Source: Dicyema japonicum
Taxonomy: Eukaryota; Animalia; Dicyemida
Assembly: GCA_011109175.1 (NCBI GenBank)
Contig: RDEW01000036.1
Span: 375,583 to 439,582, forward strand
DNA: 64,000 nucleotides
Reading direction: 5' to 3'
The position numbers and the translations under genes are program-made. The notes below the pieces were generated by a model. It saw only the letters and a list, made by a program, of their open reading frames with translations. It was not told where the DNA came from and did no database searches. This document shows positions 22,984-35,686 of the stretch, piece by piece (within the stretch, counting starts at the first letter, position 1; every line of letters begins with the position of its first letter).

Positions 22984-24708
22984 ATGACTTTATCATTGTG
23001 TGGATATGAATTATTAATTATTTTAATAAGTCCTGTAATTCCATATCAAATGGTTTATATACTAATGGTGGCATAGATCATTTAAATAACTATACATTGC
23101 ATGTATGACTAAACGTGTAAATCTCTGGTATGCTCGAAATAAAGCACTTTTAAGTGCAAACATAAATGTAACATATGTGAAAGATTATAAAGTTTGTAAA
23201 TTTTTATTAATATTAGAATATGAATTTCATATTTAATGAGGAAAATTTAAACTTATATAGAATTGAACTAAATGATAAAATTGTTCTAATTTTATCATCA
23301 CATGATATTAAGTTATATTTTACGTTCATTTTGAAACCTGGAAAGATTTATTTACTTGAAAAATAGAACTCTCGATTAGTACCTATATTTATTAATTTCT
23401 CAGATCAATCTGATGTTCACAAGATTACACTTGATCAACAATTGATTCCAGAAAATCGTGACTATGAATGTCAAACTATATTTAAAAAATTTTCTTCAGA
23501 TGTTTCTCTCAATATATCTTGTTTAAGGACCAAAATATTCAATAATAGAAATACTATCCAATTTAGTTCTCTTGGTTGTTGTACTTATTTATTTTAGGAC
23601 GATATTGTTTGAATTCTACAGATACGACAGTCCATCGAATATTATCAAAACAGAAAATAAAACTAAACTGTCTACCAAAAAATGACAATTCCAAATATTA
23701 AACCATCATATAAGTAACAAGAAAATCATACTTTCCTCTACAAATAATGTTAAACCATCAATAGTAACCGAAAATTTTACATTCGTCTACAAATAATATC
23801 AAACCATCATATAGTAACAAGAAAATCATACTTTCCTCTACAAATAATATTGAACCATCATCTAGTAACAAGAAAATCATACTTTCCTCTACAAGTAATA
23901 TCAAACCATCATATAGTACAAGAAAATCATACTTTCCTCTACAAATAATATTAAACCATCATATAGTAACAAGAAAATCATACTTTCCTCTACAAATAAT
24001 ATCAAACCATCATATAGTAACAAGAAAATCATACTTTCCTCTACAAATAATATTAAACCATCATATAGTAACAAGAAAATCATACTTTCCTCTACAAGTA
24101 ATATCAAACCATCACATAGTAACAAGAAAATCATACTTTCCTCTACAAATAATATTAAACCATCATATAGTAACAAGAAAATCATACATTCCTCTACAAG
24201 TAATATAAACCATTATATAGTAACAAGAAAATCATACTTTCCTCTACAAATAATATTAAACCATCATATAGTAACAAGAAAATCATACTTTCCTCTACAA
24301 ATAATATAAACCATATAGTAACAAGAAAATCATACTTTCCTCTACAAATAATATTAAACCATCATATAGTAACAAGAAAATCATACTTTCCTCTACAAAT
24401 AATATTAAACCATCATATAGTAACAAGAAAATCATACATTCCTCTACAAGTAATATTAAACCATCATATAGTAACAAGAAAATCATACATTCCTCTACAA
24501 ATAATATTAAACCATCATATAGTAACAAGAAAATCATACTTCCTCTACAAATAATATTAAACCATATATAGTAAACAGAAAGTTATAATATCCATTCTTT
24601 ACTGTGTCGTTGATATTGGCTTTGGTCTTGATAATCATAGTAATTGTTTTATTCCATAGAAGAGATAAATTTAGGTTATTAACAAACACTAATTCATTGT
24701 CTGGTTAA
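22984..24708 (+). CDS. Type I membrane protein, family member 2, with Ser/Thr/Asn-rich repeat stalk
   Basis: Signal-like MTLSLCGYELLIILISPV; RDYECQTIFKKFSSDVSLNISC; phase-1 intron before GRYC; 17-aa repeats; TM FTVSLILALVLIIIVIVLF. Indels occur in the array. Confidence 0.6.
23695..24575 (+). repeat. 51-bp coding minisatellite, ~17 units (KPSYSNKKIILSSTNNI)
   Basis: Unit aaaccatcatatagtaacaagaaaatcatactttcctctacaaataatatt. Confidence 0.95.
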
Positions 24709-24994
24709 CTTATTATTAATATGGGAATTTTTGGTTTGTTTGATGTTAAATGATATATTTTATAGTCTCTTGTATAATTTTTTGATAAGTCTACATTTAT
24801 TTTTGTGTTTTAATGACATATAAAATTGACCTATTTAGAATTTGATTTAGTTTGCTGGATAATCATTTAGACTTAGTTAAATACAACAAATGACATTTGT
24901 CACATATTAAAGAATGATATTACTATGAATGAAGTAGATCATCTCTATAATTAGTATGCGTTCTTACGTATGAATCCACAAATCTATTTTTCCA

Positions 24995-25780
24995 CTATTT
25001 GCTTTATTGAGGCAAGGATCCCGTCTTTCTCAGTCTCAAGACGTCGCTTAGGCTAGGGCTAACTTTATGGTAGATCTTCAAGACTTATTAGTCCTGATAA
25101 TATCCTTTTTTTCTTTGTGGATAGATTCCATGCTTCGCACCCATACAAAGCTTTTGTAGGATTAATTTATAAAAATGAAGATAGAGACCTTCGCACTGAT
25201 GGTTAGCTTGATGTTCTCCAGAAATGAGCCTTCCTGGTCGACTACTACATCCAGCAATCGAAGCGAACGAACTCTTGTAATTCCTAGCGTATAAGGTTGT
25301 ATGTGACGGATTCGTATACGGCTGATTTCTATATAGTTTGACTTCTCTGTTGAGTGTTTCATCCCTCTCCGGACACACTGGTCTTGCACTTGTCAATAAA
25401 TATCCTGAGTCTTCTCTCGGAGAGCGTCAACTCTCCTGACATATCAATGATTAGTATTTCGTCCGCGTATATTAATAGATCTCTAGGAAACCGATTTACT
25501 TTTGCTCGGAAAAATATAAGATGCGGCATTCTACTTTCATCACAATACAGGTAATGACTTTGACGTTCAGGTGTCTTGAGAAAGTCTTAAAACTGATTGG
25601 CACGTAGTGTTTCATGAATGTGCAAAAGTGTATGTGACATAAGTAGTTTGAGGAGAATCTTCTTGTCCGATGTGTATCTGCCAGAAATTTTTCTTATTAA
25701 GGTGACTGACCAGGTGCAGCCATTTTCGGTTATAATATTGGAATCCACTACATTTAGGTAGAGTCTCTTCTATCGAATGT
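24995..25780 (-). mobile_element. Decayed LINE 3' end (YADE; YGCEAW)
   Basis: LLIYADEILII...RLLDVVVD...GCEAW across frameshifts, then AATAAA. Confidence 0.6.
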
Positions 25781-25869
25781 GGTACTGTTTTATCAGGTAC
25801 CATTTTATTATTATTAGCACTTATCGCTATGTCATAGGATTGACTAAGCATGTGCAACACGAGTTAGCA

Positions 25870-28430
25870 ACTCACTTGTTAGTTTCACCCACTTCCTCCT
25901 ATTCAAAGCCGAAGTGCGCAACCAGTCAAGATCCTCTCCACTTCCAAGATGCTGTTCCATTTCTTTGAGGTCCTCGTCGGAACGACTGCCAGTGTCGTCC
26001 TTGTGCGACCACGGAAAAGGGGGGCCTCCAACATGAAGTAATCCTCCATGGCTACGTTCGCGGAATCATCTAGATCCAGTCGCACCTCCATCGTGTATCC
26101 AGAATCTCATTGAATTTTCTGAGGTTTTCGTCCTCTTATAAGAAGATTAGATGACATCCTCGTATCACTTCTTTCGAACATCATATGCCGTAGTTGGTCT
26201 CTATGAAACACATTAAGCCTCTTCAGTTCATTTCTTGAACAGGCCCAGGTACCAGCGTTATACAGTAGTATGGGATTCACTAGCGAGTTGTATGATCGAG
26301 TTTTTGTTATAATGTCAAGGCCCGTTTTGTAGAACCAGGTTTTCTTTAATCTGGAGAGGGCAGTTTGTGCTAGGTGTTCCTTTTTGTAATATCTTCATGG
26401 TCTCCTAGGAGGGAGCCAAGCTATTTGCACTTGCGTCAGAACTCCTCCGTCATTGTTTCTTCTCTCTTGAGTTCAGTTACTTCAGTCTTGTCTGGATTTA
26501 TTGTTAGGAACCATTCAGCTAGTCCTCCATGCTCTCTTCCATCAAGCAGGTGAGCGGTATTTTGTCGTTTGAAATAAAGTCTACGTCGTCAGCATACGCA
26601 ATAATGTTTGTCTTTTCACCCATTATCGGTTTTGACTCCCGTAAAGCAGCTTCAAGGATATGACAAAAAGGATAGGTGATAATGGGTCTCCCTGTGGAGT
26701 GCCGACAGTCGTCTCAAATCGGCGAGACAAGACTCCCCCGACTCTTACAGTGAGCTAAGTATCAGCTAGGAGGGTGGTGGCCATTCTGACAGTGGAAGCG
26801 TCTAGGAAAATCCTCAGAACCAGTATTAGCCTCGTCTGTCGACAGAGTCGAAGGCCCACGAAATGTCGATTTTGAGGATGGTTGTAGACATTTTGAACTT
26901 TTGAACGGCCGCAGATCTCCACTTGTGGGACCACAAAACATCTGAAGTAGATTTCCATTTCGGTATCCGCTGTGGTATAGCACAGAAAAGTATCTAGGCG
27001 TCCTTTCATCCTTTGTAAGGTTATGTTCCTCATAATTTTCCCGAAGTGAATCATTAATATGACTGGACGGAGGTTCTCCACCTTAGCTCTTGGTTTATTC
27101 GCCTTCTATACAGGTATCAAGATACCCTCTCGCAGGGTCAGAGTGTGACCATAATAGTGAATTTTGTTCAGGATCTTACCGATGCATTCATACAGCTTTT
27201 GGGTTCCATATTTGAAGAATTCTCCACCGAGTCCGTCGGGCCAGGAGTCCTGTTGTATTTTAACTTGGAACTGGTGAGATTTCTTAGTATTTTTCCTCGT
27301 TCTAGGATGATAGTGTCGATTCCTTGGATTAAAAGTTTTCCAAAGTGGGCAACGATAATTTCCGCCACTTCCCTTTGGTCCACAATCTGCGTTCCTTTGT
27401 CATCTCTTATCATTATCGGTTGATGGGGTCTCTTTCCTTTTATCTGTTTAACAGGCTCGTAGAATTTAGCGTTGTCCTTGAGAGATTCTATCTTCTTAAT
27501 CTGGTCCAGTGCTCTATTTCTGTTATGCTGGCGTATAGTTTTTCTTATTTTTGCTTCTATGGTTTTTCTTTCTCTCCGCAATTTTGATTTTACGTTCGAA
27601 TCGTCAGTATTTTGTATAGCATCCATATGGTCTTCTTTTTATTTGCAAGGTCCTTCACCGTGTACATGTCGTGCGATGGAATTTTCTCATTTTCTTTCAA
27701 TAGATACAGATTGGCTCATTTGTGTATTGACTGCTTTACAAAATCCCAGGATTTTCGGGCGACAAATCTGAAGGCATGTTTTCTAGTTCTGCATCCAGAT
27801 ATTCTTTGAATGCTAGGGCCCTTCTGATTGACTGATTAAGGATTCCAAGTTATAACGTCTAGAGTTGGGTTCTGTGGTTTCAATGTGCTTCCATTTCGTT
27901 CTTTGTAGTACCATAAATCTCTTTAGAGAAAGTCTAGCAATAACCATTTTGTGGTCGCTGTCGATAATCGATCCACCATAAGCTCGTCATCAAGTATAAT
28001 CCCTCGATCTTTTTGCCTGCATATGATATAGTCGATCTGGTTGTACATATTTATCACTCGCCCTTCGGGATTTGTTCTGTGTCTCGACCACGTAGATTTA
28101 TGTCTGGCTGGATGCATGATGGCTGAATTGCATAAAAATACGTTGTTCGTTTGACAGAAGTTATCTAGTAGGGTTCCCGGGAGATTTCTTTTCCCCCTAC
28201 CATGCCTTCCCATGAATGTCTCATCGGACGTAACCTGGGTGCCAGATTTCGAATTTAGGTCTCCTGCATCATTACTAATGTTGAGTTAGCATACTTGGAA
28301 AAGACGGCAGAAAGACTGGTGTAAAGTCATCAATAACTTCAGGGTTATTATTAAGTCATCCACTGTGAGGGGCGTAAACGTTTATTATAGTTAGGTATTT
28401 CTTCGACGGGTTGAGGTCATCCAGTTTCAA
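25870..28430 (-). mobile_element. Degenerate RTE-like LINE
   Basis: YNQIDYIICR, ENLRPVIL, GTPQGD, YADD and FRGRTRTTL, colinear with 32720-35679. Confidence 0.9.
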
Positions 28431-28431
28431 T

Positions 28432-28610
28432 TGGCATTTTATGACTTGTATTTTTCACGGTTAATGATAAAGACCAAAAAATTAATTTATTTTCGGTTAA
28501 TTAATAATTGAAGTTAATGAGTAAATAGAAATGATTTCAGTAATGAACTTTGCCACTATGAAAGATCCCAATGAGAACAATTCCAGTAAAAGCTACTCCC
28601 TGTTTTCTAC
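28432..28610 (+). repeat. Duplicated SLC6 upstream region and start of exon 1
   Basis: Near-identical to 15181-15374. Confidence 0.9.
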
Positions 28611-28611
28611 A

Positions 28612-29075
28612 TAATTTTAAAAGTGCTCCAAAAAAACTTAAAGACCAAACTGGTGTCTTTGTCACGATTTATGAATAATTTATCAGACCAACGATGGCGT
28701 ATGCAATCTTTCATCAGCAATGCAAAGTTCACGATCTTCCTCATTGAAACTATCCGCAATCGAGGAGACTGCAACAAGGTTAATTGGACCAGAACACAAA
28801 ATACAGCCCATTGAAAATTTCCTAATCGAATTACAACAAAAACTCTTTAAGGAGACTAGTTTACCGAGCTGTCCTCTATTCCATAAACTATCGAAACATT
28901 CACAATCATACAGAAATTTTGAGCCGATGTCATGTCCAATGAGAAGAGCTGTTCAGGATTCTCGACCCCGCCGGACTCGACCTCTGCTTTGTCGGTCTGG
29001 AATCACTTAGTTAGATGAGAACTTTTATTTCTTTCCCTTTGACCCAGTGATCCTGGAGGGTAATAATAATAATAA
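28612..29075 (+). mobile_element. Ingi/Vingi-like LINE 3' remnant
   Basis: Ends LLCRSGIT* followed by a (TAA)n tail. Confidence 0.6.
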
Positions 29076-31349
29076 ATTGGGTCGCACTATGCTTGTCAAA
29101 ATCACCAATATAGCCGCATGTTTTCTACCCGTAGGATAAACCATCGAGAGAGATCAAGGAAGAATCCTGTAGCAAATCTGCTCTGGACGTTTTTACCTCT
29201 TGGATGGATCTGAGATTTACCATCTATCACCTGACAAGCTTGATAATATTATTGATCAACTCATTCGAGACTATCAATGTGGAACTTCAACATTCTCATT
29301 TTGATGCTTAATGGCAGCCGGGTTCCTACATGTTAGTAAGATCCGGGTAACTGACTAAATTGAGCTGATTCATAGTCCACAACACAGTTTTTAAATATCC
29401 AGTAGTTAGTCAATTGCCAAGTAAAATGCCATCAGCTATTGGGAAAACCTATCGAATTCGGTTGAGAGAATGGAAGCTAGACATTCGACAGTTTCGTATT
29501 AGATCAATCAAATATAAAAACATAACCTTTACACTTTTGTTGAAATATATTTTTTTCCGTTATTTAATGATTTGAATCTGAACAAAAATTAAGTTAAATA
29601 ATAGATTTAGGTCAACATAAACCATTATTCTAGTCAAATCTTATCAACAATCTGAATGTTGGTTAGATTTTCAATACTATGAAAAATATGACCATCCGCA
29701 GGATTCACTGCGCTTGAAACTTAGCATCCTAGGTCGGGCTTTAATGTTTTTTCTTGAAACTTATGCAATGTCAATAATTTAATAAAAATACATAAAATAG
29801 GTCAACCAAATAAATTTAGCAAAAAGATAATGCTTTTATACTTGTCTGCTATAAGCGAGCGTCGCTTTTGGTTTTACTTCCCTGCAGGCATCCGTTTTTC
29901 TCACTTGAAGAGACAGTGGGCAAATAGTAAAGTGTTCCCACTGAATGTATTGGCGATTGTCATTCTTATAAATAAATTGATGACAGGCTATTTGAGAATA
30001 ATGTGGATGAAAATAAGAGAGAATTTAAAACTGAGTTATTAAATAGTTTTGATGATACTTTTATAATAGTTAGCAGATCGAATCTTCTTGACTAGCGAAA
30101 TACTTTAAGATTATATGATTAAGCTAAAAGCAGATAAGATATATTTAACAGAATTTAATAACAGAAAGAATTCCATTAACCCAATTAATAATCCGATTCT
30201 AACTTAACTAAAAATCATCATTTTTGTGATCCAAATATTACTTAAATAAAATATTTAATCAAACTTTGTCGTCCATCTGACTTTTCTCGTCTTTATCTAA
30301 AATCTAACAAAGTTAACAAACCCTTATAATTTTTTTATTCTAAACAGCATAAGGGTTATAACGAAAAAGGATAACAAAGACGAAGATAACGAGACAATTA
30401 TAAACTTTTTGTTGCGATTAAGATAATAATGAGCAGCAGTCATTACCCAACAATAAAGTGTGGCACTGAAAGGAACAACAGCTCACAAATTTTTACTACC
30501 CTTCTGATGGTGAATTGAATCCTTTCCTGAAAAATGCTTTAGAGATTTGATGAAAATAGCTACGACTAACAATATCCACTGTCTTCGTATGTACAACTTA
30601 CTGATGATGACTGGGTAAAAATGTACGAGTCCAGGCCCTTCGATGCTGGGTCATTTTATTCGAACTATTTTCAATTAAACTTATTTAATTCGGTTATAAA
30701 ATTAATTAATTAATTCGTCAATTGATTGATTCAAATTAATTCATTCACTTTACGAGATTTTCTCATGAGATGTTATAAATATTTGCTTATAAGAAAATTT
30801 AAAAAGTTAATTCGAATTGTGATCCTTGTACTATAATTTTTAATGATTAGTCGATCCTTCTTATTTTTTTATTTCGCTCAAAACTCACCTTCAATGATTA
30901 TCAGGTAAAATACAAGTTTCTGTTTGTCGTAATTTCAGGTTAAATAAACTTATTATTGATAGAACCGTACAATGTGCAGAAAAGGGAGGCCATAAGGAAA
31001 ACATGGGGAAACGTAATGCTACTGGAAAAGATGAATTCTAAAATTGTTTTTTTCATCGGACAAAGTAGGAGTAGGAAAATGTGGTTGATAGAGAACGAAC
31101 AAAAATTGCATAAGGACATTGTCATTAGTAAAAAGTTTATCGAAGATTACAGAAATTTGACAATAAAAGTTGAAAATGCACTCACGTGGGCATTGAATGA
31201 GTACAGAAACTTTGATTACTTCATTAAAATCGACGACGATGTCCTATTGAATATCGAAAATCTTTTCCTTATGCTACAAAAAAACTTACCTAAAAAGTAT
31301 TACTTCACTCCATTCATATTTTGTTCAATGAACCCTAATCTATATCCAG
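28612..31349 (+). repeat. Segmental duplication copy A (paralogue of 61632-64000)
   Basis: Colinear similarity throughout, including the LINE 3' end and the GT31 gene. ~29845-30465 is present only in this copy. Confidence 0.9.
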
Positions 31350-31721
31350 TAAGAGATCCCAAAAACAAATGGTACCCTTTATCTTTATTAAGGTTTATAA
31401 GTGAAGATCAATATCCTAATTCAACTTACCCAGATTATTGTGGTGGACATGCGTATTTGATGTCTAAGCAGGCCATTCCTCTAATTTTAAATAACTGTAA
31501 AAACCAAATAAAACTACATTTGGAAGACGTTTATTTCACTGGTAAAATTATTGGCTGATTTAATAGGATTATGCAGATTTGAAAATAATATCCCAATACT
31601 TGTTCATCCTAAATTCATTTCATATCATTCCAAAATTTGCAAATTAAAGGATTATGCTACAAAAATAAATCATTCAAATGATTCTTTAAAATATTTATAT
31701 AAAAAATTAAAGAACTGCTAA
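30765..31721 (+). CDS. GT31 beta-1,3-galactosyltransferase-like type II membrane protein, 4 mini-introns
   Basis: N-terminal TM; KREAIRKTWG, EDYRNLTIK, YFIKIDDDV, YPDYCGGHAYLMS, LEDVYFTG. Confidence 0.9.
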
Positions 31722-31912
31722 TAATCAGATAATAATAATAAGAGAGTTTTTTGGTTTTAATTAGGATTGGTTTCTTGAGTATAATAGTCATATAAATTAT
31801 GTAATGGTGAAGAAAAAACAAGACAAAATGATAGACTATAAACCATCCACCAAAAAGTGGCAACCGTGAGTCAAATAATATATTAATAGGTTATCCATAT
31901 TGTAAAAAAATT

Positions 31913-32690
31913 CTAGAATAAAAATTTAACTAATTTAGATAAGTCAAAAGATGACAAACATAGCACGGTTTTCTGGTGTCTTGACTTGCACAGAAATCCA
32001 GAGCGAATAAAGTTAGTCAGCGAGCTGAGGAAGCCTGTTGTAGACCGATCTTTATTGAAACCATTCTGGATCGGTTTATCGGGAGTACTTTCAGTGATTT
32101 TTGCGAGGATGAGCTTTTCCAGAATTTTTGACATAGAGCAAAAGGGGAAAATATGAATGAAAGAAGCTAAGTCTTTCGTTTTTCCGGGCTTCAATCCTGG
32201 GCGGATGACTTCAAGCTTCCACATCGTTGGGATTAAGTTATAGTTAATCGACCATTTATATATTTTGGTTAGGGTACCGATTCCCTCATTGCCTAGGTTT
32301 TCAGTAGGATCATGGGAATTCCGTCTGGACCATGTGAATGTGTTACTTTTGTTTGGCTTAGAGATGAATTACCTCCTTTTCAGTGAAATAAGTTAATTGG
32401 TCTCTTCCGACCGTGATCCCACACAATTTCTATACGGACGGGATCTTTTTCCCCTCCTCTTCTGAAATTACCTCAAGTTGCCTCTATGATAGACTCGAGT
32501 CTCTGGGGGCAATTTCTTTATCTGTATATTTTTCCAGTAATTTTATTGCTCTTGACTGGATCTCTTGAATATGGTTTTTATGTGAGATTTTTCCCTAGTA
32601 TTTTATTAAGACGTTTAGGAAATCAATTATTTAAATGTGGAATAAAATAAACCTCACCAAAATATATTTTGGTGAGGTGGTGACGTGCCT
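31913..32690 (-). mobile_element. Decayed Ingi/Vingi-like LINE fragment (RT N-terminal region)
   Basis: KPGK..DLAS..SKILEKLI..IQNGF..RSTT..DLSK. Confidence 0.7.
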
Positions 32691-32699
32691 CGTTTCTTC

Positions 32700-35686
32700 T
32701 CTGTACAACGGTTAAAAAAATGTCTGAAAAACACTCATCATACAATCGAGAACTCAGGCTAATGACGGTCAACGTACGTGGAATATCGAAAGATTGGACA
32801 AGGAAAGTACTTTGTGACGATCTCGAGAAATACAAAATATCTATTGGCTGCCTACAAGAGACGAAAATCGAAAATGGACGCGATGAGACATGGAACAACT
32901 ACCGACTGATTCTCTTCCCAACTGAATGCAAGCACTACGGCATGGGATTTGCCCTACACGTGGATTACCTCAAAAAATTACATCGCTATTGGAGAGTCAA
33001 CGACCGAATATGTGTCCTACAAGTCAAACTAAATGAACTATGCCCGTCCAAGAGTCTACTAACCGTCATAAATGTCTATGCACCACACTGTGGACGAGTA
33101 ATCAAGAACCCCGGTGAACTCGAGGAATTCTACTCAGAACTATCAAGCACATACTCTAACAATGCTTCCTCGTCTCTTATCTTTGTTGCGGGAGATATGA
33201 ATGCAAAGGCCGGAATGCGAATGGGGCCCGAAGAATCCTCTATTGGAAGACACGGGCGCGGAAGGAGTAATGCATCTGGAGCCTCTCTTGTAAACTTCTG
33301 CGAGGCAAATAGCCTTTTCCTGTGTAACACGGCCTTCACGCACTCAGCTCGCCACAAGACTACATGGCACGAACAAAGGAAAAACTCTGTCGGGGAGACC
33401 GTAAATATATATAATCAAATCGACTACATTATCTGCCGAAAGTCTGATAAACACCTGATAAATGATGCACGTTCCTACCAGGGAACAACAACCGACAGCG
33501 ACCACAGGATCGTCATTGCACAACTTTCTGTAAAAAAGCACCTGACTGGGAAAAAATACATTGAAAACGCGAAGAAGGCGAGACAAAGACCCAATATATA
33601 CTTTCAGACAGAAAAATTGTGGTTAGAGCCAACTTGTAGAGCTAAATATCACGAACAAATCGAGACTCTTATGGTGAAAACCGCACCGGAATCATCAGTA
33701 CGAACTCTGTGGGATCAAACAAAACAGGCAATCTCCAAGTCGGCCAAAATATGCCTTGGAGTCCGAAATCATCACGCCCTAAAATTGGATCACCACCCGA
33801 TTGTGCCAGATATGGCAAAGCATTGCAGAGATCTACGACTAAAAGCGGCAAACACATCAGACGATAGTAAAAAAAAGAGATTAATATCCAACAAAGGGAA
33901 CTAAAATGGAAAATCAAACAGATGAATAGAAAACACTCACGGGAAATTATTACATCCCTATTAAAAGAAGTGGAATGCCTAAAAGACAATTCAAGGATGT
34001 ATGCGGCTCTGCGGCTGCTGCGGACTAAGAAAAGACAAAACATCCTTCACATCAAGGACAAAGATGGAAAATTCGTGGGTAACCCGGAAGAAAAAGCAGA
34101 ATTGATTGCACGACACTTCGAAACACTGTTGAATAAAGAAAATAATGACTTTCCCCCTTTCCAAGGAGAAGCAAAGGCGCTAAAAATCCTAATCACAGTG
34201 GAAGAGGTGGAATTAGCGATAAATAAACTAAAGAACAACAAGAGTGCTGGGCCGGACAACATAAGCCCTGAGCTCCTAAAATATGGGCCAAAAAAACTTA
34301 GCGACACAATTGCAAAACCCTAAATGACGTCTTTGAAACTAATACCGATCTAGGACTTGGAAATATTATTAATACCCATACAAAAACCGAACAAATCAAA
34401 AGGACCAGTAGAAAATCTCTGCCCGATAATACTTCTGAATTCGATACGCAAGGTGCTGGCAAACATTGCACTAAGCCGGATAAAGGGTGTGGCGGATCTA
34501 TACCTACCAGCAAGTCAAATTGGGTTCCGAGAAGGGACGTCTACGGCAGACATTGTATGGAGCCACAGATGGCGCTGCGCAACGCACCAAAGATTCAAGA
34601 GCGCAACAACCGTGTTGGGAATAGATCTCTCCAGAGCTTTCGACTCAATAAACAGATAGAGACTGATGAATGTGCTTGAGCAAATATTGGATGAATCGTC
34701 GGTTAGGATAATCAGACTACTACTTGCGAACACAAGACTATCTGTGAGGACAGAAGGAGCAACTTCCCGCAGTTTCAAAACAACGATTGGGACACCCCAG
34801 GGTGATTCCCTCTCCCCTTTACTATTCACCATATACCTTGAATCTGCACTCCGCGACCTCCGTAAATGCTATATAGGAGACATAGAAGAGACATCTTATG
34901 CGGATGATGTGGATTTTGTATCACGGGATGTGACCGCACTCCAACACCTGCTAGAAAATGCACCCGCGGAGCTTGAGAAATGGTTTCTCAGCGTAAATGT
35001 TAACAAAACTGAAATTACGGAAATCAAAAGAGAAGACGATATTACTCATGAAAGATGGAGACGTACTAATAAGCTCGGCTCTCTACTAGGAGACGCTGAA
35101 GATGTACTAAGGAGGAAAACACTGGCAAATGCGGCAATGGCTAAACTGAAGAAAGGATGGCTAAGGGCCAAAGGACTTGGAGTTGACATCAGATGCAGGC
35201 TTTACAACGCGTTTGTGAAACCGATCCTACTGTACAACGCTGGGACATGGGGAAGTTCCTTCAACGAACTATTGAAACTGGATTCGTTCCATAGAAGGCA
35301 ACTAAGAAGCTTACTCGGAATGGAGTGGCCACGTAGAATATCAACCACTGGTATCTACAACAAGTGTATGTGTTCTTACATCAGCAAGGATGTGATAGAT
35401 GCCCGGTGGAGGCTATTTGGGCATGTACTAAGAATGAACCCGGACGCACCCGCTAACAAAGCGATGGAAGATTACTTTGACAGAGGCGAAAAACCCTTCC
35501 GCGGACGACCTAGATCGACACTTCCGACAGCCCTAAACAAAGACTTAAATCGTGTGAGAAAAAATCTAAAGACGGGAGACGACCTGGACGAATTGAGATC
35601 ACTCGCATTCGACAGAGGAAGATGGAAAAGACTAACTATAAATATTGTTTCTTTGAGTGTTGCACATGCGGGGCTATAATCATTAT
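32700..35686 (+). mobile_element. Near full-length RTE-like LINE (APE endonuclease plus RT); its 3'UTR and tail continue at 37984-38030
   Basis: TVNVRG, LQETK, NVYAP, GDMNA, QIDYI, SDHR; GPDNI, GFREG.ST, DLSRAFD, PQGDSLSP, YADD, RWRLFGHVLRM, RGRPR. Few frameshifts. Confidence 0.95.

Noticed and set aside
23901-24537. Minus-strand hydrophobic repeat ORFs (MIFLLLYDGLILFVEES)n
   Set aside because: Antisense shadow of the 51-bp array; the plus frame fits the flanking gene.
30600-30655. Hammerhead-like CTGATGA (also 63024, 48800, and minus strand ~44310/46905)
   Set aside because: No properly placed GAAA or closing stems found by eye.
30765-31721. Non-standard genetic code to explain in-frame stops
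   Set aside because: The stops disappear once GT-AG mini-introns are removed, so the standard code suffices.
32720-35679. Programmed frameshifting in the RTE
   Set aside because: Several breaks fall in or near homopolymers and similar single-base losses disrupt conserved host genes such as MKS1, so assembly error or decay is more likely.
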